From IMG/VR virus record IMGVR_UViG_3300036830_000465, positions 1 to 63,641 of that record: DNA of 63,641 bases. One strand, written 5' to 3'. Below are positions 35,567-45,854 of this stretch, piece after piece. Position 1 is the first letter of the stretch, and each line of letters starts with the position of its first letter. The notes under the pieces were generated by a model. It was not told the origin of the DNA. It saw only the letters and a program-made list of their open reading frames with translations, and searched no databases. Origin of the DNA: a virus. Taxonomy: Duplodnaviria > Caudoviricetes. The position numbers and the translations under genes were made by a program.

Positions 35567-36396
35567 GCGAAGCGACCCGCCCGCAGCTTCATTTTTCGGC
35601 GCTGGAGAAACTCTGGGCCTGCGGCGTCGCTTTCGCGCGCCGGTATCTGAACAAGGAGCGCGGGATCGCTCCCAGCTATATCCATGTGGGAAAGGCCGTC
35701 GATCACGCGGCCAACACCAACCTGCAACACAAAATCGATAGCGATTCCCTGCTGCCGGTCGAGCAGGTGGTCGACGAAGCCCGCGACGTTGTCACGCGCA
35801 GCATGGAAGACGAGGGGCTGCAGCTCGAGCCCGCCGATCGCGTCATCGGTGAGAAAGCCGCCAAGGCTGCGGTGGTCGATAAGACTGTTCGCGTCTGCAA
35901 GGCCCACGCCATGACTCTGGCGCCCCGGTTGAAACCAAAACGTGTTCAGGCGAAATGGTCGCTGGAAATTCCGGGAATGCCGTTTGACCTGGTGGGCACG
36001 CGCGACTTGGATGAAACCGACGATTCCGTCGCGGACCTGAAAACTTCAAAGCAATCGCCGAATAAAAATCAGGCCGTCACCAGCGATCAGCTCACCACCT
36101 ACGCCCTGTCGGTTCACGTAATCGGTAAAGTCCCGGTCCCGGTAAAAGTCCACCTCGACTACATCGTCGATTTGAAGACCGGAACGAAGGTGGCCGACCG
36201 GCTGACATCCACTCGCGGGAAAGATGATTTTGGCGTCCTGCTGCGCCGCCTGGAAAACGCATCGACCATTCTGCAGAAGGGCGCTTTTACCCCGGCCAAT
36301 CAGGGCCGCGACTGGTGGTGCAGCGTCCAGTACTGCGAGTTCGCCACAACCTGTCCCTATTTTCGAATGTCTCTGGCCGAATCAGAAGGAGAGTAA
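35563..36396 (+). CDS. PD-(D/E)XK RecB-family exonuclease
   Basis: G.AVD, GTRDL, ADLKT, QL..Y, C...C.F...C. Confidence 0.82.
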   Translation: MSEATRPQLHFSALEKLWACGVAFARRYLNKERGIAPSYIHVGKAVDHAANTNLQHKIDSDSLLPVEQVVDEARDVVTRSMEDEGLQLEPADRVIGEKAAKAAVVDKTVRVCKAHAMTLAPRLKPKRVQAKWSLEIPGMPFDLVGTRDLDETDDSVADLKTSKQSPNKNQAVTSDQLTTYALSVHVIGKVPVPVKVHLDYIVDLKTGTKVADRLTSTRGKDDFGVLLRRLENASTILQKGAFTPANQGRDWWCSVQYCEFATTCPYFRMSLAESEGE

Positions 36397-36398
36397 AC

Positions 36399-37646
36399 AT
36401 GTCCACAGAAGTCGCGAAGGTCGATCAGGTAAAAATCGAATTATTAAAACCCATCAACGATGAGAACAATGTCCGCGCATTACTGGCTCAGTACCGCAAG
36501 GCATTCGAAGTCGCCGCAGTCAAGCACCTCGACGTCGACCGGCTGCTTCGCGTCGCGCTGATGACAGTATCCCGCAGTTCCGCATTGTTGGAGTGCACCG
36601 CAGCCAGCCTCCTTGGTTCAGTGATGCTGTCGGCCCAATTGGGCCTGGACATTGCGGCCCGCGAAGCATATTTGGTGCCCTTCAAAAACAAATACGGGAA
36701 GCGCGAGTGTCAGCTGATCCCGGATTATCGCGGGATCATGAAGCTGGTCCGGCAGAGCGGAATGGTTTCAAATTTCCGCGCGCGCTGCGTCTACAGGCAA
36801 GACAAGCTCGACATCGAAGAGGGCCTCAACCCGAGATTGGTGCACGTTCAATCCTATGAGCACGACTTCAAGGACGAAGACCTGATCGGCGTGTACACGG
36901 TCGCCGATTTCTGCGGTCCTGATGGTGCCCCTAGCGGCCTGAAGGATTTTCAATTCATGCCAATCGGTGCGATTAAAAGAATTCGCGCACGCAGCAAGGC
37001 CAGTAATGACGGACCGTGGGTGACCGACTTCGCGGAAATGGCGATGAAGACCGGCATCAAGCACCATGCGAAAACGCTGCCGCAGAATATTCAGATTGCC
37101 ACCGCGCTGCAGCTGGACGACCGGGCGACGATGGCACGGCCTCAGAAAATACAGATGTTTGAAGAAAATGGATTGACCACGATCGGCATTGATCCGGTTG
37201 AAGACCGCGACGATGCTCCGGAACGTGCCCGCGGCGTTGTCGACATCAATTCCCTGAAAGCGGGCTCCGAAGAAAACCGCGGCCACGGCAACGACAACCT
37301 CGATCAGGTTGGCAAGGACGCCGGCAAACCTGAGACGAAAACCGATAAAACTGAGACGCTCGACCAGAAACGCGCACGCCAGACCGCCGAAGCTGAGACG
37401 AAGAAGACCTCCCCTGAGAAGGCGGCCGCCTCTGACGGCGCCGATCCGGAAGCCGCGCTAACTCAGGAACAGCAGGAACAGCTGGAGACGGTCCGTCTCA
37501 ACCAGAACGTCGAGCCGCGCACCTGGAATACGTGGATCCGCAAAGCCTTCGATATCAAGTTGAGTTCCCATCTGCGGCAAAAACATTTCCCCCGCTGCCT
37601 CGCCTGGTGCGAAGCGGGAGGTCAGGAGCAACAGGATGCGCAGTAA
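36399..37646 (+). CDS. recT: RecT family recombinase
   Basis: AQLGL, AYLVPF, YRG...LV.QSG, GPWVTDFAEMA.KT. Confidence 0.9.
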   Translation: MSTEVAKVDQVKIELLKPINDENNVRALLAQYRKAFEVAAVKHLDVDRLLRVALMTVSRSSALLECTAASLLGSVMLSAQLGLDIAAREAYLVPFKNKYGKRECQLIPDYRGIMKLVRQSGMVSNFRARCVYRQDKLDIEEGLNPRLVHVQSYEHDFKDEDLIGVYTVADFCGPDGAPSGLKDFQFMPIGAIKRIRARSKASNDGPWVTDFAEMAMKTGIKHHAKTLPQNIQIATALQLDDRATMARPQKIQMFEENGLTTIGIDPVEDRDDAPERARGVVDINSLKAGSEENRGHGNDNLDQVGKDAGKPETKTDKTETLDQKRARQTAEAETKKTSPEKAAASDGADPEAALTQEQQEQLETVRLNQNVEPRTWNTWIRKAFDIKLSSHLRQKHFPRCLAWCEAGGQEQQDAQ

Positions 37647-39036
37647 CAACGATCGGCCGGCGGTTCATGTGACCGCCCTCCGCATACACAACTTCATGGG
37701 TCTTTCGGATTTCGAGATCAAGCCCGGCAAAGTAACTCTCGTCCGGGGTTCCAACGGCGTCGGAAAGACATCGATCCTCGAAGCATTCAAAGCCGTTTTG
37801 AAAGGAGGTCATGATGCGAGTTTAATCCGGAAGGGCGAGGACGGCGCCGAGCTCGGCCTCGTCCTTTCCGATGGCGCGGACATTCAGAAGCGCATCCGCC
37901 AGGGTGATTCCAAAACGCAGGTCGACCACCCGGACTTCGGGCGGCTGCCCTCATCGGCGAAGTACCTGGGGAGTCTCTGCGATGCGTTCGCCGTCAATCC
38001 GGTGGAGTTCCTGACGGCCAAACCGGACAAGCGCGTGGAGCTGCTGCTGTCGGCGATTCCCATGACGGTGGCGGCTGTCGATCTGGCCGGAATACTCGAG
38101 CTGTGCTCGTCAAAGCCAGACCTGTCCCGGCACGCGCTGCAGGTGATCGCCGGTATCGAGAAAGACCTGTACGACCAGCGCACCGGGGTGAATCGGGCGG
38201 CGAAGGAGAAGCGGGCGACGATCAGCGAAATGCGGCGCGCGTTGCCGAAAGAGTCCGGAAACGCCGAAGAGACTGAACTGGTCAACACCGAGCGCGAATA
38301 TCGAGACATTCAGGCCAGCTGGGAAAAACGTAAAACGGAAGTCATCGAAATTCGCGCCAATGAGATCGGCCTGATCAAGGATGAAGGCCGCGCGTTTGCG
38401 GCGAAACACTTCGCAGAACGTGATCGTGAAATCGAGGCGATCCGCAAAAAGTATCAGGCCGAGGTGGATGCATATGCAGAATCCAAACAGGCCGAGGCCG
38501 CAGCGCTCAATTCAAAGTCGGATGAAAGCCTTCAGGAACTCGCCGAGGAGCGCACTTCACAAACCCAGGAATTTGAATCTCGAATTGCCAGGTTGCGCGC
38601 GGATAGAGACGCATTCGTTCGCTCCAGGGACGCCCGTATCGCCGTCGCCAAAATGGAAAGCGGCGCCGCCACGCTGGAATCCGATTCCTCCGCCTTCTCC
38701 GAAGCGCTGAAGATGCTCGACGACGTGCGCGGCAACCTGACCGAGCAGCTGCCCATCAAAGGCGTGACGCTCCGCGACGGCGACATCTACGTTGACGGGA
38801 TTCCGTTTGACCGCGTGAATGAGTCCCGGCGCATGCGGCTGGCGATTGAGATCGCCATGCTCCGCTCCGGAAACCTTCCGTTCATTGTGGTCGACGGCGC
38901 CGAAGCGCTGGATGCGAACAACCTGGAATTGCTGGCGGACACGGCCGTGGAGATGGGCGTCCAGATGGTTCTCGGTCTGGTGGCGGATGGGCCGAACGGG
39001 GAGCCGCGGCCGCTGGAAATAAAACAGATTGCATGA
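37636..39036 (+). CDS. SMC/Rad50-like AAA ATPase
   Basis: GSNGVGKTS, long coiled coil, IVVDGAE. Confidence 0.82.
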   Translation: MRSNNDRPAVHVTALRIHNFMGLSDFEIKPGKVTLVRGSNGVGKTSILEAFKAVLKGGHDASLIRKGEDGAELGLVLSDGADIQKRIRQGDSKTQVDHPDFGRLPSSAKYLGSLCDAFAVNPVEFLTAKPDKRVELLLSAIPMTVAAVDLAGILELCSSKPDLSRHALQVIAGIEKDLYDQRTGVNRAAKEKRATISEMRRALPKESGNAEETELVNTEREYRDIQASWEKRKTEVIEIRANEIGLIKDEGRAFAAKHFAERDREIEAIRKKYQAEVDAYAESKQAEAAALNSKSDESLQELAEERTSQTQEFESRIARLRADRDAFVRSRDARIAVAKMESGAATLESDSSAFSEALKMLDDVRGNLTEQLPIKGVTLRDGDIYVDGIPFDRVNESRRMRLAIEIAMLRSGNLPFIVVDGAEALDANNLELLADTAVEMGVQMVLGLVADGPNGEPRPLEIKQIA

Positions 39037-39141
39037 GATTGCCTTCGGGCAATTGCGGCCTCGGCACTCAGGGGCGTTAAGGAGGATGCGGGCGGCGGTC
39101 ATAGCGAGAGCCGTTGCGGGCCGCCGCCGCACTCTGGAGGA

Positions 39142-39327
39142 ATGATGGCAGACAACACTCACTGCGAGACGTGCGATGACACTGGAATCATCGAAATACT
39201 TGTTGAATGCAGCAAGCCTGATTGCGATTCCATCGCGCCGACAACAAAAAGCCCAAGGTCTCATTATTTCGATGTTCCGTGTCCGTGTTGCAAATCGAAA
39301 CTCCTTGCAGGGATACGAATCCAATGA
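39142..39327 (+). CDS. Small Cys-rich protein
   Basis: CETCDDTG...CPCC; GGAGG RBS. Confidence 0.6.
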   Translation: MMADNTHCETCDDTGIIEILVECSKPDCDSIAPTTKSPRSHYFDVPCPCCKSKLLAGIRIQ

Positions 39328-39557
39328 CCAAGCGTGAACTTCTCAAGGCTCTGGAGCACACCCCAGACGATACCGTTATCGGTTTCGATGAGGCCGCACG
39401 GTTCGCTGTGGAACGCGTTGAGAATCGCCGGTACGCGCTTCACGCTGGGGCGTGCGCCATCTATAAATTTGAAGGCCCTGCAACATACGAGAACGAGGCT
39501 GCGCGTGTGTCTGTAGAGATCATGGCTGCAATCCAAAAACTGGAAAGCGGGGAGTAA
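39324..39557 (+). CDS. Hypothetical protein
   Basis: ATGA coupling. Confidence 0.55.
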   Translation: MTKRELLKALEHTPDDTVIGFDEAARFAVERVENRRYALHAGACAIYKFEGPATYENEAARVSVEIMAAIQKLESGE

Positions 39558-39725
39558 GTGTACGAACAACTCGGAATCATCTACATCGTCGTCGCCTTCA
39601 TCACGTTCACCGTGGGCATCGGGTATTTCGCGATTCGCGGCGTGCTGGAACATCAGCGTCTCATCAATGAGGGCCGGAAGCGGGATCGCGAAGTGGAGCA
39701 GCTGGAGAGGATCATCAAGCCGTGA
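39558..39725 (+). CDS. Small membrane protein (55 aa)
   Basis: Manual translation MYEQLGIIYIVVAFITFTVGIGYF... Confidence 0.55.
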   Translation: MYEQLGIIYIVVAFITFTVGIGYFAIRGVLEHQRLINEGRKRDREVEQLERIIKP

Positions 39726-39973
39726 GCGACGCGGTAAACCATCCGGCGCACTACAACGCCGGAAAGCTGGAGCCCATCGAGGTTATTGAGGATTGGAAAC
39801 TTGGCTTCAGTCTCGGAAACGCCGTCAAATATATCGCCCGCGCTCCCTATAAAGGCTCAGAGCTGGAAGACCTGAAAAAGGCGCGCTGGTACATCGACCG
39901 ACATATTCAGCAATTGGAAAGGCAGGCGGATGCAACTCGTAGAACCGTACGCAAAAATCCTAAACGTTCCTGA
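39722..39973 (+). CDS. DUF3310 (T7 gp1.7-like) protein
   Basis: VNHPAHY, GNAVKY..R...KG...EDLKKARWY. Confidence 0.88.
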   Translation: MSDAVNHPAHYNAGKLEPIEVIEDWKLGFSLGNAVKYIARAPYKGSELEDLKKARWYIDRHIQQLERQADATRRTVRKNPKRS

Positions 39974-40604
39974 TCTGGCGGCTGGAATCCGGCTACTGCG
40001 CAATGTCGAGTATTACGCCCGCGTGTCGCACCGATCCGAAGAGTCCGCCACCGATGATTCCTGGGAGCGCTTCATTCGCGCCGTCGTCTTGGGCCATGGC
40101 GATTTTTCCGTGATCGAGCATGAGGTCGTCAACGTCGAGATGCTGGTGGATCGCGGGATCACCCATGAGATCGTCCGGCACCGGCTGGCCAGCTACACGC
40201 AGGAAAGCACCCGGTTCGTGAATTACCAGAAGAAGGGCGGCGAAGCGAAGTTCGTTTGCCCATTCACGGATGACGGCACCCTCGATAGCTACGATTGCGC
40301 CGAACAATGGAAGCTCGCGATGCAGATGGCGGAAAAGTCGTACATGTACATGATCGACCGTGGCGTGAAACCCCAGATCGCGCGCAGTGTTTTTCCGAAT
40401 GCGCTGGCCTCGAAAATCATTTGCACGATGAACCTCCGGACGTGGAGGCATTTCTTCCTGATGCGCACCAGCGCTGAAGCGCACCCCCAGATGAAACAGG
40501 TCACGGTTCCGCTCTTGGCGCAATTCCAGCAACGCATTCCGGTTCTGTACGAAGACATCGTGCCCGGTAATCGACAGATCGAAAACATGAGGCTGGCGCG
40601 TTGA
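39930..40604 (+). CDS. thyX: Flavin-dependent thymidylate synthase
   Basis: RHRLASYTQESTR motif, GH.SVIEH. Confidence 0.93.
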   Translation: MQLVEPYAKILNVPDLAAGIRLLRNVEYYARVSHRSEESATDDSWERFIRAVVLGHGDFSVIEHEVVNVEMLVDRGITHEIVRHRLASYTQESTRFVNYQKKGGEAKFVCPFTDDGTLDSYDCAEQWKLAMQMAEKSYMYMIDRGVKPQIARSVFPNALASKIICTMNLRTWRHFFLMRTSAEAHPQMKQVTVPLLAQFQQRIPVLYEDIVPGNRQIENMRLAR

Positions 40605-40834
40605 CCGAATTTTCACCTGAAGACGAGTCCCGCGCCCGCGCCGCCGTTCGCGCTGTCGCCTCCATCAAAGCCAAGCTCGAATCCGGGGCCGAGTTCCGGC
40701 AACCCACTGCGGCGGATTTCTACGCGCGCATGCGGGATGCCACGGCGAAGTATGGGACGCGGACGTTTGTGAGCGAGGGGCAACTCAGCTGGTTAACCAG
40801 TATCGACGAACGTTTGAAAGGAAAGAAAAAGTGA
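40601..40834 (+). CDS. Hypothetical protein
   Basis: Coupled ORF. Confidence 0.55.
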   Translation: MTEFSPEDESRARAAVRAVASIKAKLESGAEFRQPTAADFYARMRDATAKYGTRTFVSEGQLSWLTSIDERLKGKKK

Positions 40835-41028
40835 GCTGTAAAGCGTGCGAAGCGTTTCAGCGCTCTGCCTATACCGCGTTCTTCCGCTGGAGAAACGCCA
40901 CCATCGAAGTCCGCGCCTGCGATGAGCATCGCGCCGAAGTCTTTGACGCGCTACGAAAAGCCCTTCCCTACGATACATCGATTCCTTACGAAGTTGTCGA
41001 TAGAGCGCCAGAGGTCTCCGGTGAATGA
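40831..41028 (+). CDS. Hypothetical protein
   Basis: Coupled ORF. Confidence 0.5.
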   Translation: MSCKACEAFQRSAYTAFFRWRNATIEVRACDEHRAEVFDALRKALPYDTSIPYEVVDRAPEVSGE

Positions 41029-41219
41029 TCTCCAAATATCCCGGCAAATGCCGAATCTGCGGCAAGCCTTACAGGGTGGGCGATGAAATCAATTGGAGTA
41101 AAGAAGATGGTGCCAGCCACCCGGCATGCCGCCCCGCCGAACAGGGAGAGCTTCTCGCCGAGTCCGAAGCCGAGGAGCTGGCGGAGAGACTCGGATTCAG
41201 GAAGCATGATGAGTTTTGA
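41025..41219 (+). CDS. Small Zn-binding protein
   Basis: SKYPGKC..CG...GD.I.W......H..C. Confidence 0.6.
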   Translation: MISKYPGKCRICGKPYRVGDEINWSKEDGASHPACRPAEQGELLAESEAEELAERLGFRKHDEF

Positions 41220-41347
41220 ACGCACCGGCCTTTGCTTCTATTGCCATGAGCCACTGGAAAGCCTCCAGCCCGGCGGTACAGGAACGCGGCATGTGGGGAC
41301 GAAGGTGCCTTACGGGAGTTGCCGCCCATGACTCTGAGCGAGCAGTT

Positions 41348-42031
41348 ATGAGCCGCAAGGTTTGGTCTGCCAGTGACGACGATACTTTGCGACGCCTGTA
41401 TCCGAATGAACCAACATCGACGATTGCGGCCCAATTGGGACGGACGATGGGGTCCATCTACGGGCGGGCATTTACGTTCGGGCTCAAGAAGAGCGCTGCC
41501 TATAACGCCAGTCCGGCGGCATGCCGTCTGCGTCGCGGTGATGCCGTTGGCAAATCGTTTCGGTTTCTCCCGGGTCACGTTCCGGCGAACAAGGGATTGC
41601 GGCGCCCCGGATATGCGCCTGGTCGAATGAAGGAAACGCAGTTCAGGCCGAATGAGCGGCGCGGCGTTGCCGTAAAGCTTTACAAGCCGGTCGGCACGCA
41701 GCGGATCAGTAAGGACGGATATCTCGAACGCAAAGTGAACGACGACATGCCGCTGCAGCGGCGGTGGCGCGCGGAGCATCTCATCATGTGGGAGGCAGCG
41801 AACGGGCCGCTTCCCGCCGGGCATGCTGTCGTGTTCCTGAATGGCGACAAGCGGGATATCCGGCTCGACAATTTAGGACTCATCACGCGCGCCGATCTCA
41901 TGCGCCGCAACACGATCCACAACCTGTATCCGGAACTGAAGGAAACGATCCAGCTCAAAGGCAGGGTTAACCGGGCAATCAAGAAAAGGATGAAATCAGA
42001 TGCCGAAAAATCGTCTCGAAGATCTGCGTGA
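41348..42031 (+). CDS. HNH endonuclease with NUMOD-like N-terminus
   Basis: F.PGHVPANKG, H..WE..NGP.P.GH.V.F.NGD....RLDNL. Confidence 0.82.
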   Translation: MSRKVWSASDDDTLRRLYPNEPTSTIAAQLGRTMGSIYGRAFTFGLKKSAAYNASPAACRLRRGDAVGKSFRFLPGHVPANKGLRRPGYAPGRMKETQFRPNERRGVAVKLYKPVGTQRISKDGYLERKVNDDMPLQRRWRAEHLIMWEAANGPLPAGHAVVFLNGDKRDIRLDNLGLITRADLMRRNTIHNLYPELKETIQLKGRVNRAIKKRMKSDAEKSSRRSA

Positions 42032-42248
42032 CCACCTGTTTGAAACGTTGGAGGCGCTCCGGGACAAAGAGGAGCCGATGGACATTGAGCGGGCGCGGGC
42101 CGTCGCCGAAGTCTCAGGGGTACTCATTGAGTCGGCCAAAGTGGAACTGAAATTTCTCGAGTTGACGGGACAGGAATCACAGAGCAAGTTTCTGAATCCG
42201 AAACCAGAGGCGGCGGAATTACCAGCAAAGACCCCTCAGGGAAAATGA
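42000..42248 (+). CDS. Conserved phage hypothetical protein
   Basis: N.L.DLR.HLF..LE.L....MDIERA.A. Confidence 0.65.
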   Translation: MPKNRLEDLRDHLFETLEALRDKEEPMDIERARAVAEVSGVLIESAKVELKFLELTGQESQSKFLNPKPEAAELPAKTPQGK

Positions 42249-42388
42249 CGCTCAGCACTGCCGCCCCCGCTTCCCCCAAACCCCACGGCACCCGCCTGCG
42301 GTACATGACCGGTTGCCGCTGCACGCCCTGCCGCTCGGCAAACTCGCGGTATGCCAGCAGCCGCCTGGAGAGGTTGTTACAGTCATGA
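42245..42388 (+). CDS. HGT-CRC micro zinc-finger protein
   Basis: Manual translation ..HGTRLRYMTGCRCTPCRSAN; ATGA-coupled at both ends. Confidence 0.6.
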   Translation: MTLSTAAPASPKPHGTRLRYMTGCRCTPCRSANSRYASSRLERLLQS

Positions 42389-43569
42389 TTCCATCAAATA
42401 CGTTTACCTTGCGCCCCTACCAGCGCGAAGCCTCCGAGGCTTCAGTGCGATTCCTCACGTCGCATTCCCGCAAACACGGACTGCTGGTGCTTCCGACCGG
42501 ATCAGGGAAGAGTCTCGTGATTGCCGACATCGTCGAAAAGCTGCAGGCTCCGACGCTCGTGTTTCAGCCATCGCGCGAAATCCTAAAGCAGAACTTCGCG
42601 AAACTGATGAAGTACGGGTTTCGGCCGGCCGTCTATTCCGCATCGCTGGGCCGCAAGCAGATCAGTCTCGCGGTCACCCTGGCGACGATTGGCAGCGTCG
42701 CCAAAAACGCGTCCGATTTCGATCATGTGAAATACATCATCATTGATGAATGTCACGGCGTGAACGCGAAAAGCGGTATGTACGCCGCGTTTTTCCAGCA
42801 GTTGGAATCCCAGGGAATCCGCATCCTCGGACTGACCGCAACGCCGTACCGACTGGTGTCCACGATGGATGGCCCAATCCTGAAGTTTCTGACGCGCACG
42901 CGGCCGCGCGTCTTCGATGAACTGGTTTACTACGTTCAGAACGGTCAGCTCTTCCGCGACGGGCATCTGGCGAAACTCCAATATTTCCCAATCAAAGGAT
43001 TCGACCGTTCGAAACTGCAGGCCAATTCCACTGGCGCCGACTATACCGATAAGTCGGTGCAGCTGCATTTCCGGGAATTGGGATTCTCCGGGAAACTCCA
43101 GCGCGTTGTCGAGCGCCTGGTGGAGATCAAGCGCCGCGGCGTTCTCGTATTCACGCGCTTCGTCGAAGAAAGTAAATATCTCGTGGACCGCATCCCCGGA
43201 GCGGCGATGGTCTCCGCCGAGACCGCAGACGCGGAACGCGATCGCATTCTCAAGGAATTTCAGGCGGGCACGATTCGCGTGGTCTGTAACGTGGGAGTGC
43301 TGACGACGGGGTTTGACTATCCCGAGCTCGATACGGTGGTCCTTGCACGGCCCACAATGTCCCTGGCCCTCTTCTATCAAATGGTCGGACGCTGTGTCCG
43401 GCCGCATCCCAACAAGGTTTACGGCATGGTTGTCGATATGGTCGGGCTGACCGAGCAGTTCGGCCGCGTCGAAGACCTGCGTATCGAGACCGGCCCCAAC
43501 AAACTGCATTACGTCGCCAGTGGCGGGAGACAGCTAACGAATATCGTTTTTAACGGGAGAGGAAGATGA
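42385..43569 (+). CDS. SF2 DExH helicase (RadD/YejH-like)
   Basis: LRPYQ, PTGSGKS, IDECH, GLTATP, TTGFD, QMVGR. Confidence 0.92.
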   Translation: MIPSNTFTLRPYQREASEASVRFLTSHSRKHGLLVLPTGSGKSLVIADIVEKLQAPTLVFQPSREILKQNFAKLMKYGFRPAVYSASLGRKQISLAVTLATIGSVAKNASDFDHVKYIIIDECHGVNAKSGMYAAFFQQLESQGIRILGLTATPYRLVSTMDGPILKFLTRTRPRVFDELVYYVQNGQLFRDGHLAKLQYFPIKGFDRSKLQANSTGADYTDKSVQLHFRELGFSGKLQRVVERLVEIKRRGVLVFTRFVEESKYLVDRIPGAAMVSAETADAERDRILKEFQAGTIRVVCNVGVLTTGFDYPELDTVVLARPTMSLALFYQMVGRCVRPHPNKVYGMVVDMVGLTEQFGRVEDLRIETGPNKLHYVASGGRQLTNIVFNGRGR

Positions 43570-44159
43570 CTAGAACTGTGCATGCCTATACCTGCAAACA
43601 ATGCGGCAAACGTAGCGGAAATATAAGAAAAGGCCGCGTGTTTTGCGGGATGCCGTGCTTCGTTGAATTCAATCGCCAGCGCAAAGGGCCGCGCAGCAAC
43701 CTATTCAAGCACGGGCACGCTGGCTACAGGGATAGCCCTGAATATGTGGCATGGCTGGCAATGAAGCAGCGCTGCTTTTATCGGCGAGGCAAATCATACA
43801 AGGACTACGGCGCTCGCGGAATTACGGTCAGCCCGGAATGGCTGGGCGACGGCGGCTTCGAGCGATTCCTTTCCCATATTGGCCCGAAGCCGACGAAGAG
43901 TCACACGATCGAGCGAATCAGGAACGACGGGAACTACGAACCTGGCAACGTGAAATGGGCCACGCGGATGGAACAGTCTTGCAACAAGAGACCGAATAAA
44001 TCCGAAACGCATTGCCGTCGAGGCGGCCATGAATTCACGCCGGAAAACACAATCTGGGAACTCGGGAAGTATCGACGCTGCCGAATCTGCCGCGATGCCA
44101 GCCGCGATAAATACCGCACAAATCAAAACAATTCACAGTCACAACCCGAAAGGAACTAA
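43566..44159 (+). CDS. HNH-like endonuclease
   Basis: W.AMKQRC, YGARGI.V..EW, TIERI.NDGNYEPGN.KWAT. Confidence 0.82.
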   Translation: MTRTVHAYTCKQCGKRSGNIRKGRVFCGMPCFVEFNRQRKGPRSNLFKHGHAGYRDSPEYVAWLAMKQRCFYRRGKSYKDYGARGITVSPEWLGDGGFERFLSHIGPKPTKSHTIERIRNDGNYEPGNVKWATRMEQSCNKRPNKSETHCRRGGHEFTPENTIWELGKYRRCRICRDASRDKYRTNQNNSQSQPERN

Positions 44160-44162
44160 CCG

Positions 44163-44813
44163 ATGTTTAAATCCGAGCGCGTCCCCTGTTACCTCAATTC
44201 CTTCAGCGGTCATGGCGATGATCCGGACAACAAAGAACTGAAGCTGGTGTTTCACGTCTTCACCATCACGCCGGAACTGGCGACTGAGATTTCGCCGTTC
44301 ATCGCGGATCGGCTCTTCCGCAACGTCGACGGTGAAATGACGCAGGCGCGCGAACTCTCGAAGGCCAGCTTCGCCAGCATTCAGGTGCCGATGCAAAACC
44401 TGACGCTCTATCCATATCCGGAAGCCCAGCCCCGGGAAGGCGCGGCCATGATTCCCGGCGCCGCGATCTCCAATCTGCGGTCTGTTCGCGATCCATCGAG
44501 CATCCGGCTGGAGTTCGATGTGGTGATTCCCATGGACAGCCTGACGATGGACCTGGTCGAGAAGTATTACAAGGCCACCTGCTTTATCACCATGGAAGCG
44601 ATTCAGCGCGAGATCGAAATGACGGACGAAGAATCCGATGCGGATGAGCAGGGCCTTCTCCAGGACGCCGCGGACGCGGAACCGGAAATGGTCGGCGTCG
44701 GGGCGGCGGATGGGAAGTCGGCGGCGGCTGGGCGCGATGATGATGCCAGCGATACCAGCCACATCAACCGGCCGAAGGGCGGTAAAACGAAGCGGAAGGA
44801 AGCGGTGCATTGA
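44163..44813 (+). CDS. Hypothetical protein with acidic tail
   Basis: AAGGA RBS; 216 aa. Confidence 0.65.
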   Translation: MFKSERVPCYLNSFSGHGDDPDNKELKLVFHVFTITPELATEISPFIADRLFRNVDGEMTQARELSKASFASIQVPMQNLTLYPYPEAQPREGAAMIPGAAISNLRSVRDPSSIRLEFDVVIPMDSLTMDLVEKYYKATCFITMEAIQREIEMTDEESDADEQGLLQDAADAEPEMVGVGAADGKSAAAGRDDDASDTSHINRPKGGKTKRKEAVH

Positions 44814-45220
44814 TGAGCGAATCCTGCAGCTCCTGCGCGTTCCGTCCGGGATGCGCGACCTATGACAAGGAAGCGTGGAACCGCCTGCGGTCCACGATTT
44901 CCGCGCTCTCCGGGCGGCCGTTCTTTTGTCACAAAGGCCTGAATTGGCGGAAGCCGATGGCCGTCAAGAATGGAATCGTTGTCGATACGGAAGGGAACTC
45001 CCGGAGGCTGAAGGTTTGCCAGGGATGGAAAAATGAAGTCGTCAAGCATGTCCGGCCGGGGATTGAGCATCGCGCCGAAAGAATCCGGCGGCGGCGCTAT
45101 GGGTCGATGGCAATGGAATGGCTCCAGCTCTGGCTGGACGAAAAGAATCCGCACTTCAAGGCCCGGCTTCAGCGGCGGCTCAATGTCCTGATGCGATTGC
45201 TTCGATGGAGGCAGCGATGA
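44810..45220 (+). CDS. Hypothetical Cys protein
   Basis: C..CAFRPG...F.CH...C.G. Confidence 0.55.
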   Translation: MMSESCSSCAFRPGCATYDKEAWNRLRSTISALSGRPFFCHKGLNWRKPMAVKNGIVVDTEGNSRRLKVCQGWKNEVVKHVRPGIEHRAERIRRRRYGSMAMEWLQLWLDEKNPHFKARLQRRLNVLMRLLRWRQR

Positions 45221-45426
45221 AAGCGCCTCCCAGCAACCTGCGCTACCGCGTCACGGTCACGCGTATGCACGACGATCCCAGCCGGGACGCGGAATTCGAT
45301 CCTCTCTATGAAGGTGAATTCAACGCGAACGAAAACACTGCGGATGAGATTGCCGAGATGTCCGCCAATTGTATCGAAGAAGCAATCAGCTGCGATGTGA
45401 CAGCCAGAATGGACGGCCAGCAATGA
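45217..45426 (+). CDS. Hypothetical protein
   Basis: GGAGG RBS; coupled. Confidence 0.5.
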   Translation: MKAPPSNLRYRVTVTRMHDDPSRDAEFDPLYEGEFNANENTADEIAEMSANCIEEAISCDVTARMDGQQ

Positions 45427-45854
45427 CCAATGACGGCACCGTGCGCGGCCGAGCAAGCGAGCGGCCCACCGGCATTATTCGAACGTTACCGAGCCTCTAC
45501 GGCCAGCGGGCGGCCTTTGCCGCATCCGTGAATTCGCGCGAAGAATCCATCGGTGCCAAACGGTACCGGCAGTCGATGAAGCTGCTGGAGGCTGGAAAGC
45601 TGGAGGCTATTTATATCGCGCTGCAGGCCATCCCACGCTTCGACGTGCTGCATCTGTACCTTCTCATTGATGGCCGGATTGATGCGCGGCTGAACATTGC
45701 AGGTTACGAACCCGGCGACTCCCGGAAGTGCTGGGACGAAACCATCCGCAAGCCGAAATACTGGGCGGTCTGCACGACTCCCGTTAGCCGGCCGCCCGAG
45801 CCACTCCTGCGGCGCGGGTTTCAGGGAATGCGTTATACCGAGGATCTTTGGTAA
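45423..45854 (+). CDS. Hypothetical protein
   Basis: Coupled; ends RGFQGMRY. Confidence 0.55.
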   Translation: MTNDGTVRGRASERPTGIIRTLPSLYGQRAAFAASVNSREESIGAKRYRQSMKLLEAGKLEAIYIALQAIPRFDVLHLYLLIDGRIDARLNIAGYEPGDSRKCWDETIRKPKYWAVCTTPVSRPPEPLLRRGFQGMRYTEDLW

